A stretch of DNA of 64,000 bases from Piromyces finnis finn (GCA_002104945.1 MCFH01000001.1:2232001-2296000); one strand, 5' to 3'; shown: positions 1 through 15,897, counted from the stretch's first letter. Numbers and translations: made by a program. The notes: generated by a model not told the origin, from the letters alone.

Positions 1-748
1 CTAATATGCTTAAATATATTATTAATAATAATTAGCACCTTTTTAATTTTTTAGAATTATCTTTTATATAACCTAATTAATAATAATAATAGTAAAAATA
101 ATAATAATAAAAATAATAATATAACAATAACAATAATAACAACAATAATAACAAGAAAACAAAAACAAAACAAAAAAACAAAAAACAAAAAACAAACAAA
201 CAAACAAACAAACAAAAATAAAAACAAGCAAAATAATTTAAAAACATTATTATAGTAATATAAAATTATAATGATAATAAATAGTATTATAAAATAGAAT
301 AATAATCATAATAATTTTATATTAAAAAAAAAAAATAAACGTTTTTATTTTTAATTTATTATTTCTTTCAATTATAATTTTTAATATTATCATATCATAA
401 GAATATTATTTTAATTATACTTTGAAATAAAATATATAAAGATATTATTTAAGCTATAATTTACTTTTTGATAATTAAATTATTAGTAAATTTTAGTTTT
501 AAATATTTAACAATTAATAAAAATTATTTAAAATATTTAATATAATAATTGATAGAAAAGTATTTGAGATAATAATGTTTTTCTTTTTTTTTTTTTTTTT
601 TTCTTCTTCTTCTTCTTCTTTAATTCATGTTTATAACAAATTCTTTCAATTTAAATAATAATAATAGTTATAAAATTTTATTTAAAATATATATAATTTG
701 ATAAAAATTAAGAAAAACTCTACTGTATAACATGTTTTTATAATTATT

Positions 749-1294
749 TTTTTTTTTTTTTAACTTCCGAGTGCATTTCTCCCATCGATCAGAGTTAGCT
801 CCAATGGTGGTTCTTAGAGAAACGTTGGCTCATTCCTATTGCTAGGTGGTTGTGACCCTCCTGGTCTGTCATACTGTTTCTTCAGCTTCGACGCTCACTT
901 AATCCATGTACATTAGATGCATGTCGTTGTACGATATTTCACAACTACAATGCTAAGCCTCTTATAGTCAATTTGATCACGTGTCAACCGCCCCCTAATG
1001 TTTACACTTAAATTGATTAAGGAATATTATGTGTTTTTGGCATAGCCTAAGTCACCACTTATTAAGTTCTAATTTGGAATGTACCATGTACACTAGACCC
1101 TCTCAGGCCGGCTAGACGAGTGTTATTATCATAGTAGTAAATTAGAAAGTTCATTTATACTTACCTGAATATCATAACCCAACCCATGGCAAACCCAGTG
1201 GGAAAATCCACAGGCACTGACATCTGCGGGGTCGAACCAGAAGCCTTATGTATGCTAAGGAAACGCCTTAACAACCAGGATAAAAACTGGAACG
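749..1294 (-). mobile_element. tRNA-Ala(AGC)-derived SINE-like retroposon with poly(A) tail and 17-bp TSD
   Basis: GC-richer island in AT-rich DNA. Minus-strand 5' end reads ...GGCGTTTCC-TTAGCAT-ACATA-AGGCT-TCTGG-TTCGACC-CCGCAGATGTC. This matches the tRNA-Ala anticodon loop TTAGCAT, variable loop and B-box (GGTTCGA), but the stems do not pair. The 3' end is a T-run on + (749-761), i.e. an A tail. Flanking direct repeat ATGTTTTTATAATTATT at 732-748 and 1295-1311. Confidence 0.8.
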
Positions 1295-2236
1295 ATGTTT
1301 TTATAATTATTATATGCAAAAATTGTATATAATGAAAATTAATTTTATTTTACTTATTCTAATTTTTTGTGAAATACACTTTAATGAATTATTGGTTAAA
1401 TTTTAATATTTTTGAAAAATTCATAAATTAAATAATAAATTAAATTTTGAAGTTTATTAAATTTTTAATTTTAATATAGTAAAAATAAAAAGCATAAAAT
1501 AAAGTAAAAAAAAAAAAGTAAAAGAAAAAATAAAAAAAAACAGCAATTTTAATTAAAGGCTTAAAATATAAAAAAATCAAACAAACAAATAAACAAAAAA
1601 AAAACAAAAAACAAAAAACTAAAAAAAAAACAATATAAATATTAAACAATAACATTAATAATAATAAAAATAAAAATTAAAACATAAAAAAGCAATTCAT
1701 TTACTTTTTTCATAATGTCAAATTAAAACATTTGATATACAGTAATGATTTATCTATAAAATTGAAATTCATAAAATCGTTTATTTCAAAATACTGAAAT
1801 AAATAAATAAAAAGAAAAAAATAAATAAAACAAAATAAAGCAATATAATATTAAATAAATAAATAAGCAAAAAATAAACAAGTAAATAATATTAAAAGAC
1901 CTCAATTTTAATGAAGGCTTTTTTAGATATTATAAAACTTTGAATAACATTTATATTAATAAAAATAATAACATATTATTATTATTATAAGCAATAATAA
2001 TAATAAAAAATAAATAAAAAAAAAAACAAAAAACAAAACAAAGCAATTTATTCAATTTTTACTAATAATATAATAATATATTAAAACAATTTAATTATTA
2101 TTTGACAAAAACAAGAAATTATTCATTATTCTATATAAAACCAACATTAATTTATTTATTTATTAATTTATTTTCGTTCTATATTTTCATTTTCATCTCA
2201 CTTTCATTTCATTTTCGTTTTAATTTATCATCCAAT

Positions 2237-2744
2237 ATGTTATTAAATTTTTTTTTATATTTGCCATCTCTTATTTTTCAAAGTATTAGACTAGCTAGTA
2301 TAAATATCTATCCATTGAATTGGAATATCAAGTTCTTAAGCATTTTACATGCTATTAATGGAGCATACATATACAGAAAAAATTCAATAAATGAAAATGT
2401 AAAAATTCCGTTTATTCAAGGATTTGGTAAGTAGTATATATATTTCCAGAAAAATAGTTATGAAATTGAAGTTTTTTTATAATAGTAAAATTATTAACAC
2501 TATTAATTATTCATTTGTTATTTAAAAAAAAAAAAATATAAATATAGTTAGTTACATTTTAATGTCTTTAGGTGGTACCTTAAGCGCTGGTAAATATTAA
2601 AATTTTGTTTAAACTATATATATATGTATATATATATTAAGAAATAAATAAATATATAAAAAAATAAAATAAAATAATCTTTCAAATTTCTTTGAAAGAA
2701 TGAATTTATTTAATGGAATATAAATAATAATAATAGTAATAAAA

Positions 2745-2775
<31 letters not shown>

Positions 2776-3534
2776 ATATTAATAAGTGTAATATTAAATA
2801 ATATTTTAGGTATTTTGATCGGTATAGCTCCAGGTTGGATAATAAATGATAATGTATTACCATTATATTTCTTAATATATTGTATCTTCTTCTTAGACAA
2901 AGAAGGATGCATTACCAAATTCATATCTAAAGGTGGTATTGCTATTGAATTCATTTCAGCTTTTATTAATGTCACTTCTAGAACTAGTACTCTTTGTGGA
3001 AACATCAACATGATTCGTGATTACAAAGATCCATATATTACTAATTCTATTGTATGCCTTTTAATTTGTGGTACTCTTTCAGGATGTGGTGGTGGTATTC
3101 TTGATCATACTTTTAGTCTTTCTAAAAGAGAATGGAAGTACAATACACCATCCTGTCTAAAGGGAGAAAATAGTTTTTCTTTAAAGTCAACTATTGCTGC
3201 TACTCTTCACTATATCATCTTATCAAATCCATTAAATGAAGATATGGTTGGTTTATTCGGATTTATTATTAAATGTCGTCAATTTTTCATTGGTAATCCA
3301 ACTAGAATTCAAGCAATGACTATGACTTGGATCTTTTTCATTATTATTTATTTTATTTATACTTACATTAATAGTGTAAAATATTCAATGCCACAATTTT
3401 TACCACCACCTATTGTTAAATTCTTTGGTACATATAATCTTGACATTAAGTCTTCTGCCAATACAAAAAATATCAAAGAATCAATTCCAGAAGAAAAAGA
3501 AAATAAAATTGATAATGAAAAAAAGAATGAATAG
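2237..3534 (+). CDS. TRIC/TMEM38-like membrane cation channel, 3 exons (2237-2426, 2548-2589, 2810-3534)
   Basis: GT-AG junctions keep the frame and give ...IQGFVSYILMSLGGTLSAGILIGIAPGWIINDNVLPLY...GTLSGCGGGILDHTF. Several hydrophobic helices and two glycine-rich GG motifs are as I recall for TRIC channels. Family assignment is from recalled motifs only. Confidence 0.6.
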
Positions 3535-4356
3535 TTTTTTTTATTTACAAACATATTTTAATATATAATTTATTCTATTTAAAAAAATAAAGATAAAGAT
3601 TGAATTCAAAAATTCAACAATAATAGTAACAACAACAGCAACAATAATAAAGCAATAATAATAAGATAAATACTTTTAAGTTTCATATATAATGAATATA
3701 TGAAATTATCAAATGTAGGAATTATTTATATATACATATGATTAATTCATGTAATTTTATTAAAACTAAATAAATAAAAAAAAGAACATTTAATTATTTA
3801 TACCTATTTTTTGAATTTATATTATTTTGTGTAAATATAATGATAATATTCTTTTTATATTTGTTTTTAATTATATAAGTGTATTTAGAATAAAAATATT
3901 TAAGAGATATATAGCATTTGATAGTAAAAACATAATAATATAAAAGTACTAATAATAAAAATCCAATTCTAATAATATCACACCATCACTAAAATCATCA
4001 AAATAAAAATATTTTTACAAAAATAATATAAAACACTAAATTAAAAATAAAAATAAACAATATTTAATTTTTTATATTTTTGTTTATTGTTTATTAATTA
4101 TTATTTATTAATAAATACATTCATTTTTTATGTTATATATGAAATAAGTATTAAATATGAAAAAAAAAAAAATAAGTTATGAATCGATAGTATATGATAT
4201 TAAGGTATTTTAATGAAAAAAAATAATTATGATAATTTGTTTAACTATTTATATACATATGAATTAAATATAATGCTGTGTAAATGTTTATCTTTTTATA
4301 ATTTTTAAATTTAATAATTATTAATATATTAATTAAATATACTAACAATTATTAAT

Positions 4357-5688
<1,332 letters not shown>

Positions 5689-6426
5689 TTAATATATATT
5701 CCTTTTTTTTTTTTGTATTATCGAAATTAGAAAAAATTAAAGTATTTTAATTATTTTATAAATTTAAAAATTTCACTTTTATTAAAATTACAAGGTTATT
5801 TTAATATTAATTAAATATTAATAAACTAAATAAAAATTATGATTTTTTTGAGAATTTTTTGTTCTTTTATAATAATAATTTTATTTTTATTTTATTATTT
5901 ATTTTTTTTTTTTTTTTAATTTTTAATTTTTTTATTATTTAATAATGATTTTAAGTAGTCGCCTATATTATTGGTTATAATTTAACAAATGTTAACAATT
6001 TTTAAAATATTTTAAAATTAAAAAAATTTGTCAACATTTGTTAATTTTTAAACAATGATTTTTCTCAGATTAATATTTGAAAAATTAAAAAAAAAAAATT
6101 AATTTTAAAATTTCAATACAGAAATAATTAAAATAATTAAAATAATAATAATAATAATAATCCGACAGATGTTATTTTTACCCAGAATAACTGTAAAAAC
6201 AAATATTTTATTTCAAAACATTTTCTATCAATGCATAATAAATATATAAGTACAATTTTAATTATTAATACTATATAATAAAAGCAATTAAAAAATTTAT
6301 CCGCTATTTTTGCTAAGTAAATTTATATTTATTTTTATTTATTCGGTACTCTATATATAATAACCTTATTATTACTGTTAGCTTCTGTCATTGTAATTCA
6401 AATTTATTTTTAAATATCTTGTATAG

Positions 6427-6501
<75 letters not shown>

Positions 6502-6525
6502 TAATAATAATAATAATAATATAAT
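6427..6525. repeat. (AAT)n microsatellite in the intergenic region between divergent copies A and B
   Basis: About 100 bp of AAT repeats. The mirrored locus at ~13848-13888 is much shorter. Confidence 0.9.
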
Positions 6526-6849
6526 CTATCTACTTTTATTTCTATAAAATATTTTTAAAAATTTAGTAAAGGTTCATTTATTGTTCATTATTTATTTGAG
6601 CTATATTCATATCTATATATATACATATCGTCATAATATTTGTTAATAAGTAATATAAACTAATGTTCACTATAATTACATATTTTTATATTATTATATT
6701 AAAATTTGCAAAAGTATTAATATTTAGTACATTTATGCGGATAATTTCTAAATATATATTCATAGAAACTTCTTTATCCATCTTTTAAAATTGCATAAAC
6801 TTTTAGATTTTCTTTCCTTTTTTTCATTCTTTATTGTTAATAAGTAAAA

Positions 6850-6912
6850 TATAGATATAGGTATAGATATAGATATAGATATAGATATAGATATAGATAT
6901 AGATAGATAGAT
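6850..6912. repeat. (ATAGAT)n microsatellite
   Basis: Tandem ATAGAT units. The mirrored copy at ~13486-13518 is shorter. Confidence 0.85.
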
Positions 6913-7398
6913 AAATCGTGATAAAATAGCTATTTTGTCTTTATTATAATTCATTACTATAGTTATAGTTTTTCCATTATTTCATTTATTAGAATTTAAA
7001 CTTGTGTAACATTGTTTTTAAAAAATTAAGATGAAATCACGATTTATATTAAAATATATTAAATATATTATTGGTTAAAAGTAAACAAATATTAGCATAA
7101 TATCTGAAATAATAAATTTTAATATTATAGGTTATAAATTAACAAAAATATAGAAATATCAAGATTATTCATAAATGTTCATAAATTCAAATTATTAAAA
7201 TAAGAAAAAAAAAAAAAAAAAAGTATATAAAAATAGGAATTTTTTCTTTATTTAATTCATCAGTTAACAAATAATTACTTTATATTTTTTAAGAATAAAT
7301 AATAATTAATTAATAATTATCAAACAAAGTTTAATTATATAATAATAATAGTAGTAATTTAAATATAATAATAATCCTAAATATAATAATAATTAAAA

Positions 7399-8718
7399 AT
7401 GTCTTCACAAGAATATCATTTTGAAACTTTACAAGTCCACGCTGGTCAAACTGTTGATCCAACTACTCATGCAAGAGCTGTTCCAATCTATGCTACTTCT
7501 TCATACGTTTTCACCGATCTTAAGGATGGTGCTGATTTATTTGGTTTAAAGAAGGTTGGAAATATTTATTCAAGATTAACTAATCCAACCAATGCAGTTG
7601 CTGAAGAAAGACTTGCAGCTTTAGAAGGTGGTGCTGCTGGTCTTGTTACTGCTAGTGGTCAATCTGCTGAATTCACTACTATTGCTGCTATTGCTAAGAA
7701 CGGTGATAATATTATCACTTCCAGTTTTATTTACGGTGGTACTCACAACTTATTCCAAAACATTTTCAGAGATTTCGGAATTACTTTCAAGTTTGTCGAC
7801 AATCTCAATCCACAAGATTATGAAGCTTTAATTGATGATAAAACCAAAGCCATTTATCTCGAATCTATTGGTAATCCAACTCATGCTGTTCCAGACTTTG
7901 AAGCATTTGCTGCTGTTGCTCACAAGCACGGCATTCCTTTAATTGTTGATAATACTTTTGGTATGGGAGGTTATTTAGTCCAACCAATTAAATATGGAGC
8001 TGATATTGTTATTCATTCCACCACAAAATGGATTAATGGACATGGTACAGTTATTGGTGGTGCTATTATTGATGGTGGTAAATTTGATTGGAATAATGGT
8101 AAATTCCCACAATTTTCAGAACCAAGTCCATCATACCACGGATTAAAGTTTGCAGAAGCTTTCGGCAATCTTGCTTTCATTTTCCGTTGCAGAGCTGAAC
8201 TTCTTCGTGATATTGGACCATGTCAAAATCCATTCAGTACTTTTATTAATCTTCTTGGATTAGAAAGTTTGTCATTAAGAGCTCAAAGACATGTTGACAA
8301 TGCTTTAGAACTTGCACAATGGTTAAAGACACGTGAAGAAGTTTCATGGGTTTCATATGCAGGTCTTCCAGATCATCCATCCTATGCTAACGCTAAGAAA
8401 TACTTAAGAAACGGATATGGTGGTGTTCTTACTTTTGGTTTAAAGAGTGGAGCTAAAGGAGCAGGTGTATTTGTTGAGAATCTTAAACTTGTTTCAAATT
8501 TAGCTAATGTTGGTGATGCCAAATCACTTATTGTTCATCCATACTCAACTACTCATGAACAACTTAGTGATGAAGAAAAGAAAGCTTGTGGTATTATACC
8601 AGAACTTTTAAGAGTTAGTGCTGGTATTGAACATATTGATGATATTAAGGCTGATTTCATTCAAGCTTTTGAAAAAGTTAATGATGAAAATTTAATTCAA
8701 TCTTTCAATAAGTTATAA
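7399..8718 (+). CDS. MET17: O-acetylhomoserine (thiol)-lyase, copy B (439 aa)
   Basis: Same protein as copy A except RVSAGIE (vs RVSVGIE) and a C-terminus 12 aa longer (EKVNDENLIQSFNKL). Confidence 0.92.
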   Translation: MSSQEYHFETLQVHAGQTVDPTTHARAVPIYATSSYVFTDLKDGADLFGLKKVGNIYSRLTNPTNAVAEERLAALEGGAAGLVTASGQSAEFTTIAAIAKNGDNIITSSFIYGGTHNLFQNIFRDFGITFKFVDNLNPQDYEALIDDKTKAIYLESIGNPTHAVPDFEAFAAVAHKHGIPLIVDNTFGMGGYLVQPIKYGADIVIHSTTKWINGHGTVIGGAIIDGGKFDWNNGKFPQFSEPSPSYHGLKFAEAFGNLAFIFRCRAELLRDIGPCQNPFSTFINLLGLESLSLRAQRHVDNALELAQWLKTREEVSWVSYAGLPDHPSYANAKKYLRNGYGGVLTFGLKSGAKGAGVFVENLKLVSNLANVGDAKSLIVHPYSTTHEQLSDEEKKACGIIPELLRVSAGIEHIDDIKADFIQAFEKVNDENLIQSFNKL

Positions 8719-9440
8719 TTTCATTAATTATTTAGTTTTAGAATAAATTAATTGCTTATTTTAAATTATAATTTAAAATAATAGTATTACATGTAAATAT
8801 AATTATTTAAGAAAACAAAATTGTCATTAATTAATAATTAATAGATTAATAGTCATATTTAATAATCATATTTAATAATAATATTTAATAATCATATTTT
8901 ATTATCATCATAGTCATTAAACTAAATTCTATCTTCTATTATATTTTTATATTTTTAATTATTTATTTCATATAATTTTTTTTTTTTTTTTTTTTTCAAT
9001 TTTTAAATTAAAATAAATCAAATTATTATCTGCTTAAATTACAAATATAAAATTGTTAAAGCATAATAAATATTAAATATCAAATAAATTAAAAAATATT
9101 TTATTTTGTTTTGTTTTTATTCCCATTTTGAAAAAAAAAAGAAATGTTTAACTAAAAAGAATAGAAATGAAAAGGTTTTTACATTATAAAATTATAATAT
9201 TTTTATTTTAACTGAAAATTTAATTGGTGTAAAAAGAAAATTTAAAATTAATACAATTAGAAATTTTTAGATTTAATTGTATATTAGTATTTATTTTATA
9301 TTATTTCATTATTTTATTTTATCTATTATTTATTTAATTTATTTCATCAATATTTTATATTTATAAATATTAATATATGTATATAATAGTTATTTCATAT
9401 TATTTATAGATCATATAAAAGCAAATGATCTTTCAAATCA

Positions 9441-9730
9441 ACTAATGGTCTACTTATCATTGGTAATATTTACTTCCCACAAACTAGATGGCCGGATGCT
9501 AGATTAATTGCCTTAGATGAACTTGATAAGTGATTAAGAACACATAATAAATTCAACCACCCGTTTATCCTTGTAGGAGACCTCAATATGTCAGTTATTA
9601 AGATCAAATTTTATATTTCATAACACTTACCTGATTGAATTATGACAGAGTTAACTGAATTTCACTGGAAAAAGAAACTAAATCTTCATGTATCAACCAT
9701 ATTGTATATAACAAAGCTATGGCAAAACAC
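9441..9730 (+). mobile_element. Degenerate non-LTR retrotransposon (LINE-type) APE endonuclease fragment
   Basis: Frame from 9441 reads TNGLLIIGNIYFPQTRWPDARLIALDELDK*LRTHNKFNHPFILVGDLNMS, with NIYxP and ILVGDLN motifs and an in-frame TGA at 9531. After a frameshift it reads KSSCINHIVYN (S-x-I-D-H-like, 9686-9706). The element probably extends to ~10750, but I could not read further domains. Confidence 0.6.
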
Positions 9731-10793
9731 ATCAGCAAATCTTTAGTTTGTAAAGTCTTCTATGATGTGTCTTCATTCTCTTTTAAGAGCTTTCCCACCA
9801 ACAGTTGTGTTACTTTTAGCTTAATAAATATAGTCATTAATTTCTATATTTTAAGTAAAGTCTCATAATATGCCATTACTTGGTTTCGACAAAAATAGAA
9901 CTCGTAGAGTTCAATCATTAATCAATATTTCTATATTATGGAGTATCAATAACTTTTATAATAAAAGTCAAAATATCGATGGTTTTGTATATGAGCGAAA
10001 TTTATTTATTAGTCTATATACTCTTACAAGAAATTTGAGGATACCTATTATTGCAGGTATTTTTGCTGCACAATAAGTGAAATGTTTTATTAAATGGAGA
10101 AAATCAAAATGTATTACCAAAGATCCCGCCCAACTTATTTTTCCCATGTCTCATTACTTTTGAACCAAAAAACTTTGTTCATTGAATATAAGAAACTTTT
10201 TTAATTTAAAATTAATTGATACTAAAATAGTAAGATTTACTCCTGTCTGACTGTCTTTGTGTCTGTCTATGTTACAAATATGATAAACAATCTTTTCATC
10301 ATTGGATATTAGTATTTTCTGAATACAGAATTTCTTCACTTATCCTTTTTTATAATAAATATAAGTATCAATTCATTACTTACTTACTCCCCGAAATGTA
10401 TATAAGAAAAACTATTTATAACTAAATTTCTATGTTCCTTCTTGGTGGAGCTTTAGCGTATAACAAGTTACAAATATATAATAAAGTGGAACAAAGATAT
10501 TTGAATGAACATTTTTACAGTTCATAAGAGCGTCGACATCGTACCGATATAGCAAAGAAACATTATAAATGTTCTGTACACAGAGTCAAATGTTAATATT
10601 TCTTCGAATGAAAACATTATGAACTCATGGGAGAGTTTGGTAAACACCATACTATCATACCTGATGCTAATTCTCTTTTTATTTCATTTAATTTATTAGT
10701 TAGGGACCAATCCCACACAATGCAAATTGCATGAGTTTATTAAACTTTCATAAGACTTAAATAATTATTTTATTTTATATTTTTATCTTTATA

Positions 10794-10935
<142 letters not shown>

Positions 10936-11679
10936 TATTATCATTTGTTATATCAATATATATTATTACCTAATATAATGAAAATTAAATAAATAAATAC
11001 AAGAAGAAATGTATTCTCTTAGGATAAAAAAAAATTATATTATTTTTTTGTGAAACACATTTACCATCTACATTACTTATATTTATATTTATATGTTGAT
11101 ATTTTTATTGATTATTAAATTTTATAATATATTAAAACCTTTCATTATATATTCATATAAAATATAAATATTTATAATCTATATTTTTATATATATTAAT
11201 TCTATGTATTTTAAAAAAAAACTAAGTCTTTTTAAAAATAATTTAACATCAAGTATATTAAATTTTTTTCAAAATGGAAATAAAAACAAAACAAAATAAA
11301 ATATTTTTTAATTTATTTGATATTTAATATTTATTATGCTTTAACAATTTTATATTTGTAATTTAAGCAGATAATAATTTGATTTATTTTAATTTAAAAA
11401 TTGAAAAAAAAAAAAAAAAAAATTATATGAAATAAATAATTAAAAATATAAAAATATAATTGAAGATAGAATTTAGTTTAATGACTATGATGATAATAAA
11501 ATATGATTATTAAATATTATTATTAAATATGATTATTAAATATGACTATTAATCTATTAATTATTAATTAATGACAATTTTGTTTTCTTAAATAATTATA
11601 TTTACATGTAATACTATTATTTTAAATTATAATTTAAAATAAGCAATTAATTTATTCTAAATCTAAATAATTAATGAAA

Positions 11680-12999
11680 TTATAACTTATTGAAAGATTG
11701 AATTAAATTTTCATCATTAACTTTTTCAAAAGCTTGAATGAAATCAGCCTTAATATCATCAATATGTTCAATACCAGCACTAACTCTTAAAAGTTCTGGT
11801 GTAATACCACAAGCTTTCTTTTCTTCATCACTAAGTTGTTCATGAGTAGTTGAGTATGGATGAACAATAAGTGATTTGGCATCACCAACATTAGCTAAAT
11901 TTGAAACAAGTTTAAGATTCTCAACAAATACACCTGCTCCTTTAGCTCCACTCTTTAAACCAAAAGTAAGAACACCACCATATCCGTTTCTTAAGTATTT
12001 CTTAGCGTTAGCATAGGATGGATGATCTGGAAGACCTGCATATGAAACCCATGAAACTTCTTCACGTGTCTTTAACCATTGTGCAAGTTCTAAAGCATTG
12101 TCAACATGTCTTTGAGCTCTTAATGACAAACTTTCTAATCCAAGAAGATTAATAAAAGTACTGAATGGATTTTGACATGGTCCAATATCACGAAGAAGTT
12201 CAGCTCTGCAACGGAAAATGAAAGCAAGATTGCCGAAAGCTTCTGCAAACTTTAATCCGTGGTATGATGGACTTGGTTCTGAAAATTGTGGGAATTTACC
12301 ATTATTCCAATCAAATTTACCACCATCAATAATAGCACCACCAATAACTGTACCATGTCCATTAATCCATTTTGTGGTGGAATGAATAACAATATCAGCT
12401 CCATATTTAATTGGTTGGACTAAATAACCTCCCATACCAAAAGTATTATCAACAATTAAAGGAATGCCGTGCTTGTGAGCAACAGCAGCAAATGCTTCAA
12501 AGTCTGGAACAGCATGAGTTGGATTACCAATAGATTCGAGATAAATGGCTTTGGTTTTATCATCAATTAAAGCTTCATAATCTTGTGGATTGAGATTGTC
12601 GACAAACTTGAAAGTAATTCCGAAATCTCTGAAAATGTTTTGGAATAAGTTGTGAGTACCACCGTAAATAAAACTGGAAGTGATAATATTATCACCATTC
12701 TTAGCAATAGCAGCAATAGTAGTGAATTCAGCAGATTGACCACTAGCAGTAACAAGACCAGCAGCACCACCTTCTAAAGCTGCAAGTCTTTCTTCAGCAA
12801 CTGCATTGGTTGGATTAGTTAATCTTGAATAAATATTTCCAACCTTCTTTAAACCAAATAAATCAGCACCATCCTTAAGATCGGTGAAAACGTATGAAGA
12901 AGTAGCGTAGATTGGAACAGCTCTTGCATGAGTAGTTGGATCAACAGTTTGACCAGCGTGGACTTGTAAAGTTTCAAAATGATATTCTTGTGAAGACAT
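11680..12999 (-). CDS. MET17: O-acetylhomoserine (thiol)-lyase, copy C (439 aa)
   Basis: Mirror of copy B with one private substitution (GITPE vs GIIPE). Confidence 0.92.
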   Translation of the reverse strand: MSSQEYHFETLQVHAGQTVDPTTHARAVPIYATSSYVFTDLKDGADLFGLKKVGNIYSRLTNPTNAVAEERLAALEGGAAGLVTASGQSAEFTTIAAIAKNGDNIITSSFIYGGTHNLFQNIFRDFGITFKFVDNLNPQDYEALIDDKTKAIYLESIGNPTHAVPDFEAFAAVAHKHGIPLIVDNTFGMGGYLVQPIKYGADIVIHSTTKWINGHGTVIGGAIIDGGKFDWNNGKFPQFSEPSPSYHGLKFAEAFGNLAFIFRCRAELLRDIGPCQNPFSTFINLLGLESLSLRAQRHVDNALELAQWLKTREEVSWVSYAGLPDHPSYANAKKYLRNGYGGVLTFGLKSGAKGAGVFVENLKLVSNLANVGDAKSLIVHPYSTTHEQLSDEEKKACGITPELLRVSAGIEHIDDIKADFIQAFEKVNDENLIQSFNKL

Positions 13000-14565
13000 T
13001 TTTAATTATTATTATATTTAGGATTATTATTATATTTAAATTACTACTATTATTATTATATAATTAAACTTTGTTTGATAATTATTAATTAATTATTATT
13101 TATTCTTAAAAAATATAAAGTAATTATTTGTTAACTGATGAATTAAATAAAGAAAAAATTCCTATTTTTATATACTTTTTTTTTTTTTTTTTTCTTATTT
13201 TAATAATTTGAATTTATGAACATTTATGAATAATCTTGATATTTCTATATTTTTGTTAATTTATAACCTATAATATTAAAATTTATTATTTCAGATATTA
13301 TGTTAATATTTGTTTACTTTTAACCAATAATATATTTAATATATTTTAATATAAATCGTGATTTCATCTTAATTTTTTAAAAACAATGTTACACAAGTTT
13401 AAATTCTAATAAATGAAATAATGGAAAAACTATAACTATAGTAATGAATTATAATAAAGACAAAATAGCTATTTTATCACGATTTATCTATCTATCTATA
13501 TCTATATCTATATCTATATTTTACTTATTAACAATAAAGAATGAAAAAAAGGAAAGAAAATCTAAAAGTTTATGCAATTTTAAAAGATGGATAAAGAAGT
13601 TTCTATGAATATATATTTAGAAATTATCCGCATAAATGTACTAAATATTAATACTTTTGCAAATTTTAATATAATAATATAAAAATATGTAATTATAGTG
13701 AACATTAGTTTATATTACTTATTAACAAATATTATGACGATATGTATATATATAGATATGAATATAGCTCAAATAAATAATGAACAATAAATGAACCTTT
13801 ACTAAATTTTTAAAAATATTTTATAGAAATAAAAGTAGATAGATTATGTTATTATTATTATTATTATTATTGTTATTATTATTATTATCTATACAAGGTA
13901 TTTAAAAATAAATTTGAATTACAATGACAGAAGCTAACAGTAATAATAAGGTTATTATATATAGAGTACCGAATAAATAAAAATAAATATAAATTTACTT
14001 AGCAAAAATAGCGGATAAATTTTTTAATTGCTTTTATTATATAGTATTAATAATTAAAATTGTACTTATATATTTATTATGCATTGATAGAAAATGTTTT
14101 GAAATAAAATATTTGTTTTTACAGTTATTCTGGGTAAAAATAACATCTGTCGGATTATTATTATTATTATTATTTTAATTATTTTAATTATTTCTGTATT
14201 GAAATTTTAAAATTAATTTTTTTTTTTTAATTTTTCAAATATTAATCTAAGAAAAATCATTGTTTAAAAATTAACAAATGTTGACAAATAGGCGACTACT
14301 TAAAATCATTATTAAATAATAAAAAAATTAAAAATTAAAAAAAAAAAAAAAATAAATAATAAAATAAAAATAAAATTATTATTATAAAAGAACAAAAAAT
14401 TCTCAAAAAAATCATAATTTTTATTTAGTTTATTAATATTTAATTAATATTAAAATAACCTTGTAATTTTAATAAAAGTGAAATTTTTAAATTTATAAAA
14501 TAATTAAAATACTTTAATTTTTTCTAATTTCGATAATACAAAAAAAAAAAAGGAATATATATTAA

Positions 14566-15897
<1,332 letters not shown>

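Noticed and set aside
1219-1294. Functional tRNA-Ala gene
   Set aside because: The acceptor, anticodon and T stems do not pair properly, and the sequence continues into a body with poly(A) tail and TSD.
1157-1320. U1 snRNA (starts ATACTTACCTG)
   Set aside because: Only the first 11 nt match. No U1A loop (ATTGCAC), U1-70K loop or Sm site follows. It is better explained as a minus-strand splice-donor-like motif inside the SINE.
1440-3011. Short F/I/Y/L-rich ORFs (1440-1655, 2609-2863, 2706-3011; similarly 6760-6954, 42013-42201, 59388-59603)
   Set aside because: They are translations of AT-rich low-complexity or microsatellite DNA, not genes.
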